A DNA stretch of 63,198 nucleotides, filler included, from Licmophora abbreviata (GCA_900291995.1; 6 parts of 6 records of this genome joined end to end with filler, not necessarily neighbours in it); one strand, 5' to 3'; numbered from the whole stretch's first letter, positions 1 through 12,233 are shown. Notes: generated from the sequence alone by a model not told the origin. Numbers and translations are program-made.

Positions 1-432
1 CTCGTCCAGAGCCTCGCCCCCTTCCTCGTCCACCACCCCCTCCACGACCAGCACCATACTGTCCCTTGTTTGCTTCTTCCTGCTCAATGGCCCGCTCCAG
101 CAAATCTTCCGGCAATCTTAGATACTTGATCGCGGACCCCCTTATATAGCAGCTGGGCAGTTTCCAGAACTTGTCTCCCTCCTTGGAGGTGCAAATGACT
201 TCGACCAAGTTCATGTTCATCCACGAATCGGCGCTCACCAGCCGTCCATTGTACGTGTCGCCGCCTTTGAGTTCGACCAGCAACGGAGAGCCTGTGGCGG
301 CTCTTAGTAAAGAAAGAGGTAACTGAGATGCAGTGAGTTTTAAACAGAGGAGCAAAGAAAAAGAAATTGGGTGAGCAAGGCGCAGAAAGCGAGAAACGAA
401 GGAACAAACGACGGCGAGCTGCGACGTACCAT
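1..432 (-). CDS. LSM4: U6 snRNA-associated Sm-like protein LSm4 (3' end runs off the window)
   Basis: Manual translation; not in the ORF track. ATG at 432-430, then a GT..AG intron 429-323, then [71 protein letters not shown] and an RG/RGG tail. Confidence 0.95.
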
Positions 433-747
433 GGTCAACACTGTGTGTGGTCGAATGTCGCTGTGTCGCTGTCGCGTTCTGTCAGCCTCTTAGAAAGAGC
501 TCGTAGACCTCGCGAACACCCGACTGACAGGCAGACTGATCCACAACTGTGCTGGGCTGGCTCTCCGTTGCGTAGATTCTACTGAAGGATGTACCACGGG
601 CACATCAAATCCAGGACTATCATCCATAAACAATGACCGCTTCTCTCGCTCTCGTTCCAACAAGGCGGTGCAAAGCACGAACAACGAAAGCTGCAAGAGT
701 CGTCTCTTGTTTTACACCATTTCGACGTCTATTCTGACTTCTAGACC

Positions 748-1605
<858 letters not shown>

Positions 1606-2063
1606 GGTGATACAATCATAGTTGGACGAGCTCTCTGTATTGCAAGAGGAGAACAGGAGGACGAACTTCGGAGCGTGTCTATAGTAAGAATGGATGTTAA
1701 GGTCTGCGTTCCTGTACGATATGGATCATTCATTGGTTTGTCTCCTCTTGGCGAGAGATGTAACGTGACTTTTGGAATGAATCCATGGCACGACGAGAGG
1801 TCCCTTCCCCGCCGATCTGTGTTCGGTTCATCGAAAAAGCGTCTGCTCGTCGAATATCGAATCAGATTAATTCAGAGGCCACCTTTCCCGTAGTGATTAT
1901 ATCATATCTGCCCCATATCTGCCGTACCTGATAGCCTTGCGGTGCACGCTGTGCAACCTATCCGCAACCCACACCGCCCACATTCCAACAAACAAAAAAC
2001 AAAAAAACGTACGACGCTGCGTTCTTGTGGTCGTCGCTCTACGATAGTTCAACGCTCAGCAGT

Positions 2064-3145
2064 ATGAAGCCGTCTTTTGTTCTGGTTCTAGTGCTGGCGC
2101 ATGTATTAGGAAGCGCCCACGCCTTCAGTTCGTTGACCTGGCAGCATTCGGGAGTACCAGCAGCATCAACCAAGAGGGGCAACGTCGCCGTGCTTTCATC
2201 GCAAAGTACGAGCAGTATGGGTAGTACCGATACGGAAGAACGGGAAACCTGCAAGGGAGAGCTACTAGAGCTACTTTCTGAAACGCCAAGCAACTCCATC
2301 ACATCGCGTGGTCTCACTGAGGCCATACTAGGTCAGATCCGAGATATGGAAGACCTGTGCCCGACGGAAGAAAACGCCGTTCTGGGACTCCTTGGTGGAA
2401 ATTGGGAACTGCTTTGGACGGCGCAGGTACGTGCTGTCAACGTGTATGTAGTAGCGACTTTGTCTATCCAACAGCTTAAACTTACATTCTCTATCCCTAA
2501 CAGGATCGAGCTAGCGCAGAGTGGCTCCAGCAGAGCCCACTACGAACATGGATCAAGTACGTAAACCTTTATTCCCGCTGCTCCAATGTGCCGTAGACTC
2601 ATTGTGCTTTCACTCGGAGCGCTCAGATACAAGAATACTCATTACACATTCTATCTATTTTCGTTGACCTTTCCAGCCCGTTGGAGAACCAAGCATACAG
2701 TAACAATCCAAATTCAAGCTCACGAGGAGCTTCAGGCCGATCAAATCCACTGCTGCCCCAGAACATTCAAGATCGGTTGGAAGAGTTTGGCTTGATCCGA
2801 GATAGCAACGTTGTAAAGAGCAGCCAATCCGTTGATTTGCAAAGGAAACGAGTGCGGAACGTGGTTGGATTTACCATCCCATCCATTGTAGGTCCACGTC
2901 GTGCCTCGTTAACGGTGGACATTCAATTCCGACCAAACGCTCAAGACTTGCGACGAGTCGACGTCAAGTTCGAAGCGTGTCGAGTGGCTGTCTCAAAGTC
3001 GCCGGTGGACATTAATCTTCCGCTCGGAATCATTGGACCAACCGGATGGCTCCGGACAACATACATCGATGACACAATACGGATAACGCGGGGTCACAAG
3101 GGATCCGTCTTTGTCCTTTCTCGAGTGTCATCGCGGAAGAAGTGA
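2064..3145 (+). CDS. Plastid lipid-associated protein / fibrillin family, 3 exons (approx. 2064-2427, 2504-2556, 2677-3145)
   Basis: Signal peptide with AHA-FS (ASAFAP-like) cleavage site; LLGGNWELLWT and GWLRTTYIDDTIRITRGHKGSVFVL are PAP_fibrillin hallmarks; GT-AG introns keep the frame. Confidence 0.88.
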
Positions 3146-3409
3146 AAGAAGACCCTGTCGCAAGTGGGTACGAAAGCACGGTCGCCCCTGCAGGTATGTA
3201 CAATTAGTAACATGGGAGCTGACGATGAATCTCGCCTGCTACGATATCATCGTCTGCATTGATTCACAATAGTCTCGCGTGAAGTGAGGCATTTGGATGA
3301 CGAGCAAGTCAGTGTGCTCGGTGATCAGGATAAAGCAGCGCGATCGAGCGAGCTTCCGAACTTTTTCTCCGCCCTGAACGCCATTCTAGGCGGACATTCC
3401 ATCGTACAA

Positions 3410-4270
3410 CTAAGCAGTAATATTGACATCTTGATAGAGCAATGGTATCTCTCGCAATGCTCCCGATTGCAGTACAGACCCCGCCACACCGGTGCGTGCG
3501 ATTGCCACCGTCAAGAGTTGTCCGCGACAGGGCGGCAAAACGACCAGTTTGTGTTGCAACTCACGTCGTCGTTTCGATGTGGAGGTGATTCGATTGTACC
3601 CGACCAGCACGTGAGGACGGTAGTTGGAAAAGACAAACGGCGAACCGTAGGTCTGAATGAAATCGAGAGTCAGGTGTCGTTGAGCAGGATGCAGTCGATG
3701 GACCCAAGAGGGAACCTTGGTTGTAGTTGCAGGATGGTTCACATACTTGGAGAGCGCTCGCACTACTCGATCCGACAGGTCTTGCAGACAACGAGTGCGT
3801 CGAAGGTTGAAGGTGACAGAGGAATGATGGACGGTGACCACGTCGCCCTGTCGAGATGGAATCCACTGTACAAAACAGGAGCGGTGCGTCATGTTGCCCA
3901 CTGCGTGTGTCACCGCATCCAGAAGCTCGACCAATTGGGATTCATGTTTCACGTCAAAGTCAGCTTGATAGAGCGGAATGACGGGTGTGTGAGAATGGAA
4001 AAAGTTAATTTGTTCGCTCTTGGAGAGTTCCTGCAGGACCAAATTGCTATCGAGTGCAATGTCCATGACGCAGTAGTCGGTGCGATTGCCGGCCTCATTC
4101 AGTGGCATGTGAATGCTGAGTTCAAGCGCATTACGCAGATGGGGAAGAGTCAGGAGGAGGAGGAATGAGATGTGAGCAAGACCGAAAGAAACTCTCATGC
4201 TTGACGATGCTGGATGCGATGCTGAATGCGATGCTGGACGGCGGTGACGATGAGCGGCTGACCGTGTCAT
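3410..4270 (-). CDS. Putative secreted or membrane-anchored 2H-phosphoesterase-fold protein (DUF1045-like) with degenerate motifs
   Basis: 286-aa ORF (alternative start M at 4198) with a hydrophobic N-terminal segment. TYGSPFVFSNYRPHVLVGY resembles the second 2H motif region; HTPVIPLYQ lies where the first PHxTL motif is expected. Confidence 0.5.
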   Translation of the reverse strand: MTRSAAHRHRRPASHSASHPASSSMRVSFGLAHISFLLLLTLPHLRNALELSIHMPLNEAGNRTDYCVMDIALDSNLVLQELSKSEQINFFHSHTPVIPLYQADFDVKHESQLVELLDAVTHAVGNMTHRSCFVQWIPSRQGDVVTVHHSSVTFNLRRTRCLQDLSDRVVRALSKYVNHPATTTKVPSWVHRLHPAQRHLTLDFIQTYGSPFVFSNYRPHVLVGYNRITSTSKRRRELQHKLVVLPPCRGQLLTVAIARTGVAGSVLQSGALREIPLLYQDVNITA

Positions 4271-4560
4271 GGTGCAAGGGATCGAGTTTTCTCTTTTTGG
4301 TGCGTCATGCGCGAGTTTGTATCATACTACAGACGGCGTCGCCAAAGATCTGAGTGGAGTCTGCGAGGTCTTGTGCGCACCTTGCGAGCTCGCTCGGAGG
4401 TTTGGTTCTGTTTGTGGCTTTTTTGATGTTTCAGATTTCAGAGTTCAGATTTCCATCACACCCGCATTTTCATTTGGTCCCAAGATCGTGATGGTGATGT
4501 GCTCTGCTGACAAAGTGCCAGAACGAAAAAGGCGATTGCTCAACTGCTCCTACTGCAACG

Positions 4561-6386
4561 ATGATGGTCGACCGAGGGAAAAGAGAGGGCGAGCATGGCC
4601 GGCTGCGTGATGAAGTTGACGACGACGATGACGAGTCTCGCACTACGGTCAAGCGTGCACGACGGCGGCGTCACGTAGGGACCAACCATACTTGGAAGCA
4701 ATATCAGGTCGAGAAGCACGGCAAGAATGATGGTCGAACTCCGATTACGAGCAGACGAGGCGGCATGGCGAACAAAACGACAGACGACAACCCGTCATTG
4801 GACAACACGACAGTCAAGAGGCACACCCGCAAGAAGAAGGCGCCTCCGATCTTGTTTCGGATTCATGGTGTCTCAATGGACAATACAACTGGCGCACAAC
4901 GAGAGATCGAACGTCTGCTGAACAAACGCGAGAAAGGACTCTACAACTGTGCGTTCGACGTAGCACACTTTTTCTTGTTCATGTACGAACGACAAATGAT
5001 GTGGGTTCGGCGCAACGAAGGCCAGGATGGGCCCTTATCGGAATCGAGTGCTTTGCAGACGCATGCATGGTGCAATGTAAGCAGCAAGTGAGCGTTGGAT
5101 GGAGAAACTACAGAGGGAACTGCTCCGAAGGGCTTGTACTGACTCTCTATAAATCGTGTCGTTGTCTCTTTCGTTTCAACAGAACTACAGAGAGCTCGAT
5201 CGCGGCACAACCTACTTTCGAGCACATGTGTTGGAACTATGGGATGCGTCGACGAAGGACGGAATGCGGATAACGCGCGAGGGCTGGCTAGTGAAGGTTT
5301 TGTGGGCCGCTCTTTCGTACCGGCAACTTAACAAAGTTGAAACGTTCGTGGTGAGCACGCCTTTATATAAAAAAAGCACCGAGGAAGTTTCCACTGTTGG
5401 TCGTCGACTGACACGCTCGAATGCTCCGTACCATGCGGTCGTCCCCGCTGTCAATATCACACAACACAGGCGTTTGCAGATACGAAGAAGAAGGAGAGTA
5501 GTTTGACCGGGATTCCAGGATTAAAAGAATGGAACGAATTTGAGCGATTTGGCACCACGCGCAAAGCTACTAACATCAAGATTTTAACGGGCGGCCACCA
5601 GAACAATGGTTGGAGCAGCTACTGCGTCGGCATGTCTGAATTGGCTAGGAAGCACGGGAAGAAGCTCCGTCAGGTCGCCAAGCGCATCCATACGGCGTCG
5701 CTCGATGACGGCTTGGAGCAATGTTATCTCATTGTTCGAGAATTGAGCGGAATGGGCCCGTTCTTTGCCTGGCAGGTAATCTGTGATCTACTGGAATCTC
5801 AGTGTCTCGCTCCTTCTACCGAGGACGACTGGGTCCAGCTTGGTCCGGGCGCAAAGAAAGGGATCGACATAATTTTCAACAAGAGTCAAGCGTCAAGTGA
5901 CTATGTCGAACGGACGAGGCTTCTCCATGATGTTCAAGACGAAGTGTACGAGCTGCTCGGCTTGGAATTTCTCAGATGGGACAATAAGCGTCTTTCACTC
6001 AAGACGCTCGAACACGCATGTAAGTTTTTTATAAATAAAGAAAGTGATGCGTACTGACGTCTACGCAACGCTAACGCTTACTCATGGCAAGCCCATCTCT
6101 TCGTATCAATATCGCAGTGTGCGAGTTCTGCAAGTACTTCAAGGTCGAAGGATCCTGTTCTCGTCGCATAGGGAACGCCAAGCTTCGCAAGTTTGAGTCA
6201 AGGCAAGTGCTGGACGATCCCAAGCTGTGCTTGTGCGGGGAATCGAATGCCACCATACTATCATTCTGTGACTACTGTTTGAATGTTTATTGTCATGAGC
6301 GTGTCGGCGGAGAGCCCGAGACGTCTCCAGCCGGCTGGAAATGCCGTCGGTGTACAGACTTTGAGAACATCTCCTTTGCCGATTAG
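4561..6386 (+). CDS. aGPT-PPlase1 / 5-hmdU DNA kinase helical-domain-like (amino acid:DNA transferase-like) protein with C-terminal ADD/PHD-like Zn finger, 4 exons (4561-5076, 5183-5350, 5470-6019, 6118-6386)
   Basis: Three GT-AG introns join four ORFs in frame. Motifs: FMYERQMMWVRR, WCN|NYRELDRG, YRQLNKVETF, GMGPFFAWQVICDL, DDWVQLGPGAKKGI, LKTLEHA|LCEFCKY. C-terminus CLC..CDYCLNVYCHER..WKCRRC; basic N-terminal clusters. Confidence 0.75.
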
Positions 6387-6420
6387 AAGGGACTAGGCAC
6401 CAGCGTCCCGACGGACGAGA

Positions 6421-7697
6421 TCAGAGTTCTTCTTGATCACGATCTGTAAGCCCTTTCGCCTTCTGCATGGACCCGTACAGCAGCGTCAAATTGATTCTCC
6501 GGTTCTTGTACCCTTTGCGAAATCGAAACGTGTCCGTGTGGTGGAAAAGTGCACTGTCAAACAACACGGCTCGGTTCTGCCTATGCGGTACAGTGATATT
6601 GGCAAAGTTGGTAGGACGTAACAGTTCGTCTCGCACAAAGTTTGTATCGGTATTGTACTTGGAAAAATCCCAGTCGTTCGGTGGCTTGGCAGTGAAAACA
6701 CAAGACCGCCACTGTCCGGATCCAGATTGGCTTCGTCGGGCGTTAGCCACAAGTTGATGTTGACGGCAGCTTCGTCGGCGTGAGTGTTGATCCCTGTATA
6801 GTCTGAATCATACTTGTAAGCCCAAAGGTATCGTAGAGGATGACCGTCCATAATGCGAGGCAGCTTTTTCGACAGTTCCATGGCCAACTCGAGAAGTATG
6901 CGATCGTGCAGGCCGTCGTCAACGTACGCGCCGACGTAGCCACCAAACGTCAGCGGCATTTTCGTCTGATACCACACAGTACTCTCCAAAAGCAGCTGAC
7001 GAATTCGTTCCAGAGCCTTTTGTGATAAAATATCATCCACCACCACGATACCAGGATGCGCGTGGGTCGCGTCCTCGCCGAACCATTGTTGTTGGATAGC
7101 ATCGACATTCAAGTCTGGGTTCAAGAGGGGTAGGGCTTTACCTTGGTCGTCTCGCAATGTGTCAAAGTCAGTATGATGAAGCGCCTTGTTATACACTGAC
7201 CCTATTCCTGCTTCATAGTCGTGGTGTCGAAAGGCATACAGTCCATTCGTCGCCTGTAGTTCATTTAGTGGGGGAATTTGTTGGAGTACTGTTTCATAGA
7301 TGGGCGCCACTACGGTTCGAAACATTTCTGCTTGTCCCTCGTGTTCCAGTGTCTCTGCTAAATACAATGCCTGTTGGAGATCGCATTCAAGCTTGTACTT
7401 CGTCGTATACGTCGAGCCCCCTCCCCTCGATACAAGTTGTTGTGGTATTTCTGATTGAGCTTTCTCGATCGCTGGATTCCGACTTGACCTAGGAAAAACA
7501 TTGGAGAGGAACCAGTGTAGGCCATCGAGATCGTCGTTCTCAAAGAAGTAGGCTATATCATCGCTGTCCAAGAGCGGAGGAAGGTCGTCCTCTTCCTCTT
7601 GACCGCTCGACACCGTTAGTAGCCCACATGATGAGTATACCATGTAGAACAAGAAGGCATAGCACCATCGGAGCCATCTAATTCGACTCATTTTCAT
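6421..7697 (-). CDS. 2OG-Fe(II) oxygenase-fold protein, secretory-pathway-targeted; apparent 1-nt frameshift near 6700
   Basis: Signal peptide; WAYKYDS..INTHADEAAVNINLWLTP (HxD) and, after the frameshift, VFTAKPP..NRAVLFDSALFHHTD..RRINLTLLYG (distal H, R); ends in QEEL. Confidence 0.75.
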
Positions 7698-8070
7698 TGT
7701 ACAAATTCTTGTGAAAAGTATTCCAAGGAGATCTAGCTGATTTCGGGATCATCAAGTCTGCCTTCGAGGTGATTCTACAACTAACGGTGGTGCAGCCGGT
7801 AGAGAGGGTCACTGCACAACTGCACTGCCATCACAAGTGCAACGAATGTTGTGTGGTTGGTCCTCGAGGCATCGTCATAAGGCTGGAGATGTCCGAACAG
7901 TGGCACCAGAAAAAAATGAAAATCGTCGCTTTAAATGTAAGTACGTCACTCATGACTAACGGAAGTCATACAGAAGTCTGAGTCCCGTGTGGTATCTTTT
8001 TCAAAGATGCAAGTTCAAGGTGCAAACAACGAAAAAAGTTGGCCTGCCTCTATTGAGCCCGCTGTTGACC

Positions 8071-9130
8071 ATGATGAAGCTTACTGCCTTTCTTTTCGCT
8101 GCCTCGATCGGCGCCTCGAGCGCCTTCACCACACCCTCTTCGACGCGGGTCCCGTCCTCGTTGAACAGTGCTGCGTTGGATGAACTCAAATCAATAGCCG
8201 AAAAGTCCAATCCGGTGCTCAAGGTACGTGAGAGGCGAGAGTGGAACGCTCTGGAGATCGCCTGTGATATGTCTGTGCCGATTCCTTTATTTTCATGCAT
8301 TCATTCCTTATAAGATTGACGATGGTGCCTATTTTCTTCTTCTCTCGATGCACATAGTTCTACGATCCGATCGAACTCTCGACGACGACGATCTATGGCG
8401 ACACCAACGAGGCCACCATCGGATTCCTTCGCCATTCCGAAATCAAGCACGGACGGTACGCAGTGGGTGCACCATATAGCGTACGAATATCGGCTGGGCT
8501 TTGATCGATTTCACCAACTTATGTGTTTCTTTACTTTCTTGCTCTCAGAATCGCCATGGCCGCGTTTGTCGGGTACATTGTCCAGTCCAGCGGAATCAAG
8601 TTCCCGTGGCCCATGACGTTTGACGGAACTCCCTTTCCGTCCGGATCTCCTCCGGAGCAATGGGATGCCTTGCCGGATGCCGCCAAGTGGCAAATCATCC
8701 TGTTCATTGGATTCCTCGAGTGGTGGAGCGAGGCCGCTGGCATGCACTACATGCGTGGTGGGCAACCAGGAAAATTTCCCAACTTCTCCGATGCCCCCGA
8801 GCTCATCCCTCACCCTGTTCCCTTGAATTTGTTCGACCCGTTCGGCTTCAGTAAGAACAAGAGCGCAGAAGCAAAGGAGGCTGGTCTTATCAAGGAAATT
8901 AACAATGGACGGCTGGCAATGGTTGGCATCTTGGGATTTTTGGCCGAGCAAAAGGTTGAGGGTGCCGTGCCTCTGTTGAAGGGACTTGTTCCAGCATATG
9001 GTGGAGAGCCCATGGCTCCTGTAAGTAGTGGCGAAGCCAGTGTTCGCCCATTGAAATGCGTATGAGCTCTAAGGCAATGTGGCTCACTGTCTGTCCTTGT
9101 GCGTTCGTTTCTGATTCGCAGTTTGGCTAA
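8071..9130 (+). CDS. Fucoxanthin-chlorophyll light-harvesting protein (Lhcq-like), 4 exons (8071-8223, 8358-8455, 8549-9020, 9122-9130)
   Basis: MMKLTAFLFAASIGASSAFTTP (ASAF motif), FYDPI, FLRHSEIKHGR|IAMAAFVG, LFDPFG, EINNGRLAMVG; all introns GT-AG; last exon encodes FG-stop. Confidence 0.93.
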
Positions 9131-9547
9131 GTTCTCAATGATGGCGAGAGCGATTCTCTAGTGGGAAACCACTGCATGGTGCGCAGTAAACGTTGAGATA
9201 ACACCCTCTAGAGAACTCGAATAGCTTAAGGCTGCTGTGAAATAGTAGGATCGACCTGCACTCCTTTCTACCATAGTTACCCTCTTCGTACCGGTCCCAG
9301 CTCTATTTCTGTGATGTGTGATGCCCTACGCTCCGATGTCCGACGTATCACTTTGTAGCTCGTCGGGGGTGAATGCTTCAGTCGCAAGCACCACTCCCAG
9401 CCACTACTCACTACCGTACGGTACCACACACACGCCTGAGCACCACAAAATACGCTTAATGCTGATGTTATAACGGGTAACAGATGTGTACGCACAGAAA
9501 AAGCACGAGAGGTAGTCACTGCATATATATGATAAGATGGGCGCGAT

Positions 9548-10249
9548 CTAACAGCAATTGGACACTCCTCCTCGTCGTTCGGGTTCGCCTCCACCACCCA
9601 AGTTGACTGTTCTCGTATCGCCCGATGTCGACGCCGCATCTGGACTGGACACTCCCGCTGGTGGACCAGTAGTGTCAAATTCATCGATTCGTTTGTGCTT
9701 GATGGTCGTGGCCAGCGCCGTAAACATGTTTTCGACATTGTGTCCCGTCAAGGCGGATGTTTCAAAGAACTGGACACCATACTCATCGGCCAGGTTTTTG
9801 CCTTCTTCATGTGATACAACTCGATCATTGTCCAAATCGCTCTTGTTTCCACACAAGACAATATCACAGTCCGGGGGAGCCCGCGTCTTGATGTCTCGCA
9901 TCCATCCAATCACATGATCAAAGGAAGGTCGGTTGGATATATCGTAGCACAGAACAAAGCCGTCAGCTCTGCCAAAGAAATTCGAAGTCAAACTGCGGAA
10001 GCGTTCTTGTCCCGCCGTGTCCCACAGCTGCAGCCGCATGGGGGCGCCTTCAATCTTGACCATTTTATCCCTGTAGTCGACCCCGATGGTGGTGACAAAT
10101 TTGGTACTAAACACATTCTGATCGAATCGAAGAACGAGCGAAGTCTTTCCACATGACGAGTCTCCGACCATGAGCAATCGAACGATATAGGCGCCCTTGG
10201 CGCCCATTTGCAATGGACGGGGCTGCCCAGCTGTCGAGGAATCCGCCAT
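9548..10249 (-). CDS. Rab GTPase, Rab8/Sec4-like, intronless
   Basis: GDSSCGKT, FVTTIGVDY, WDTAGQERFRSLT, NKSD, ETSA, C-terminal CC. Confidence 0.9.
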   Translation of the reverse strand: MADSSTAGQPRPLQMGAKGAYIVRLLMVGDSSCGKTSLVLRFDQNVFSTKFVTTIGVDYRDKMVKIEGAPMRLQLWDTAGQERFRSLTSNFFGRADGFVLCYDISNRPSFDHVIGWMRDIKTRAPPDCDIVLCGNKSDLDNDRVVSHEEGKNLADEYGVQFFETSALTGHNVENMFTALATTIKHKRIDEFDTTGPPAGVSSPDAASTSGDTRTVNLGGGGEPERRGGVSNCC

Positions 10250-11070
10250 GGTGGAAGAGTCTGTGGTACGAGAGAAGTGAAAGCGAGGGTGAGCTCCAAG
10301 AACTAAGAATCAATCAACGGAGAAGCATTTGAAACACTTCAGTCACGATGGATAGCATTCCATTGGGAATTCGTGTACGTTCTGTAAAACGCCGTGGATT
10401 TTGTACCGGTACCGGTACTGGGACGTCATTGACAAGCCCGGCCGCCGCGAATCGCCACTATTTCGGGCGCATTGCAGGTCCTTGTTCTCACCTGAATTTG
10501 AGCCGATTCTATCGGGGGCAGTGTCTACGAATGTAAACCTTCCCCTGTAGTGACTAAGGGGGCAGCGGGCAGCTGGAACGATCGAAAACGGGACCAGAAA
10601 CTGCCGTTCGGCGAGACGGGAGTCGAGCTTGGAGGCGATCGCGTTGTCGCTCGCTAGAGAGTGTGACCACCAAATCGAGGTGAGATTGTTGATGTGGTAC
10701 TGATTTTCGTAGATTCTACACAGCCGTTGATTTTGTATCGCGTCTACGAAAGGCTTTTCGGTACCTTCACTACTGGAGATGTATACATAATATATTATTA
10801 GAGTTGGAATACATGTATAAAGATCGCCACGAGCTAGGACCGGAATGGCACTTCATCAAACTGAGATTCCATTCGCGTTTCTCAAGAGGGGGTCGTCGTC
10901 TACTTCGTATGGTGACTGTAGCTTTAGTGTAAGTATCTCGTCGGACTTGATAACCCAAGAGGCATCAGGGCATCTACGGTTCGAAAAGGTGACTACTTCA
11001 AACAATTCAGATTGGTAGTAAGGTACTCACTCGAGTAGTAGGCAAAAATCTCGTCTGTACATTGTCCTAT

Positions 11071-12233
11071 CTACACTCCTCCTCCATCTGCAACGTTTGG
11101 CAAGTCCCCAAGTACGCCATGGTCTTCGTTCCGACTGACTCTCGCGGCGGGTCTCATCAATCGCCCGATACTCAACAACTGATTCCACACATCCTCCGGA
11201 CTCCCCGAACAATCCAGGTTGACAACAGGGACATGCTGCTCTCGCAACCAATCCATAGTGCTATGGTGGTACGTGTGGTACGTCCGCAGGCGATGAAGCG
11301 CCGTGTCAAAGTTGTCGTCCGTACGCGCTGCTCCTTCGGCTTGTCTTCCACGTCGAATGATGCGTTCCATCAAAATCGTATCATCGCAATCCAAATGAAG
11401 GGCGATTTCCGGCTTGCCGCAGAGTTCTACCAGATCATGAGCGTTTTCCAGAGACCGTGGGAAGCCGTCTAGTAGCACACGCTTGCCCGGATGATGTCGC
11501 ATGCGACGGCGCACCAGCGTCACAATTACAGCACTACTCACGAGTTCCCCTCGTTCCATAATGCCCTTGACTTCACGCCCAAGCGGCGTGTCTCTCTGGA
11601 CTTCGTCGCGCAGCAGATCACCACTGCTAAGATGTACCACATTGCACTCTTCCTCCAGACGCTTGCACAATACACCCTTGCCACTACCCGGGCCGCCAAC
11701 GACGAGCACAATGCGGGCTGGAGCGTCGCCCAAGATGGTATCCGCGCACATTAGAAACTCCTGTTGATGATACCATACAAGCGTACACAAGTCAGAAAGA
11801 GCGATTTACAACATACGATACATCACTATCGGTTTCTTACATGCAATTCGACAACGCCATTGCCGTCGTAATCTGCCGCCTTGAACAGCTTGAGAAGCGT
11901 GGCTTCGTCGGGGCGTTCTCCGATACTCTTGAGAAGTTCGCGCACTCCATCCAAGTCGAGATATTTCAATCCGCCCGCATCTGTTTTCGCAAATGCGGCA
12001 AAGAGATCGGAAACAGCGTCGTGTTCGCAGTCGGCGAAGGCCACCGAACCGGGCTTGGATCTGTCGCCAAACTTGCTGTTGTTCTTGGAGGAGTCGTCGG
12101 TCGTCGTTTGGAACGTGCGTCGGTAGTTCGAAAGCGACGAATTCAGAACAGCGGGTCTTTGGGACAGAAATCTCTCGACATTGCTGCGACCGACAGAGGA
12201 GCGAACACTCCGTAGCAGCAGGCGGGAAGTCAT
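11071..12233 (-). CDS. EF-hand / adenylate (UMP-CMP-type) kinase fusion with probable mitochondrial presequence, 2 exons (12233-11841, 11760-11071)
   Basis: Arg/Ser-rich N-terminus MTSRLLLRSVRSSVGRS; EF loop DYDGNGVVELH|EF across the intron; GGPGSGKG, HLSSGDLLR, LLDGFPRS, RTDDN. Confidence 0.9.

Noticed and set aside
3284..4168. 294-aa plus-strand ORF
   Set aside because: Antisense shadow of the 3410-4270 gene with no motifs; the same applies to most short overlapping ORFs in the track.
3410..7697. Three-gene DNA-modification cluster (2H phosphoesterase + hypermodification enzyme + 2OG oxygenase as a TET/JBP-like thymine hydroxylase)
   Set aside because: Both flanking proteins have signal-like N-termini. 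The oxygenase ends in an ER-retention-like QEEL and lacks the TET/JBP HxDxxN pattern, so it is unlikely to act on nuclear DNA.
10510..10740. GC-rich hairpin region as a possible structured ncRNA
   Set aside because: No recognisable RNase P/MRP, SRP or snRNA signature.
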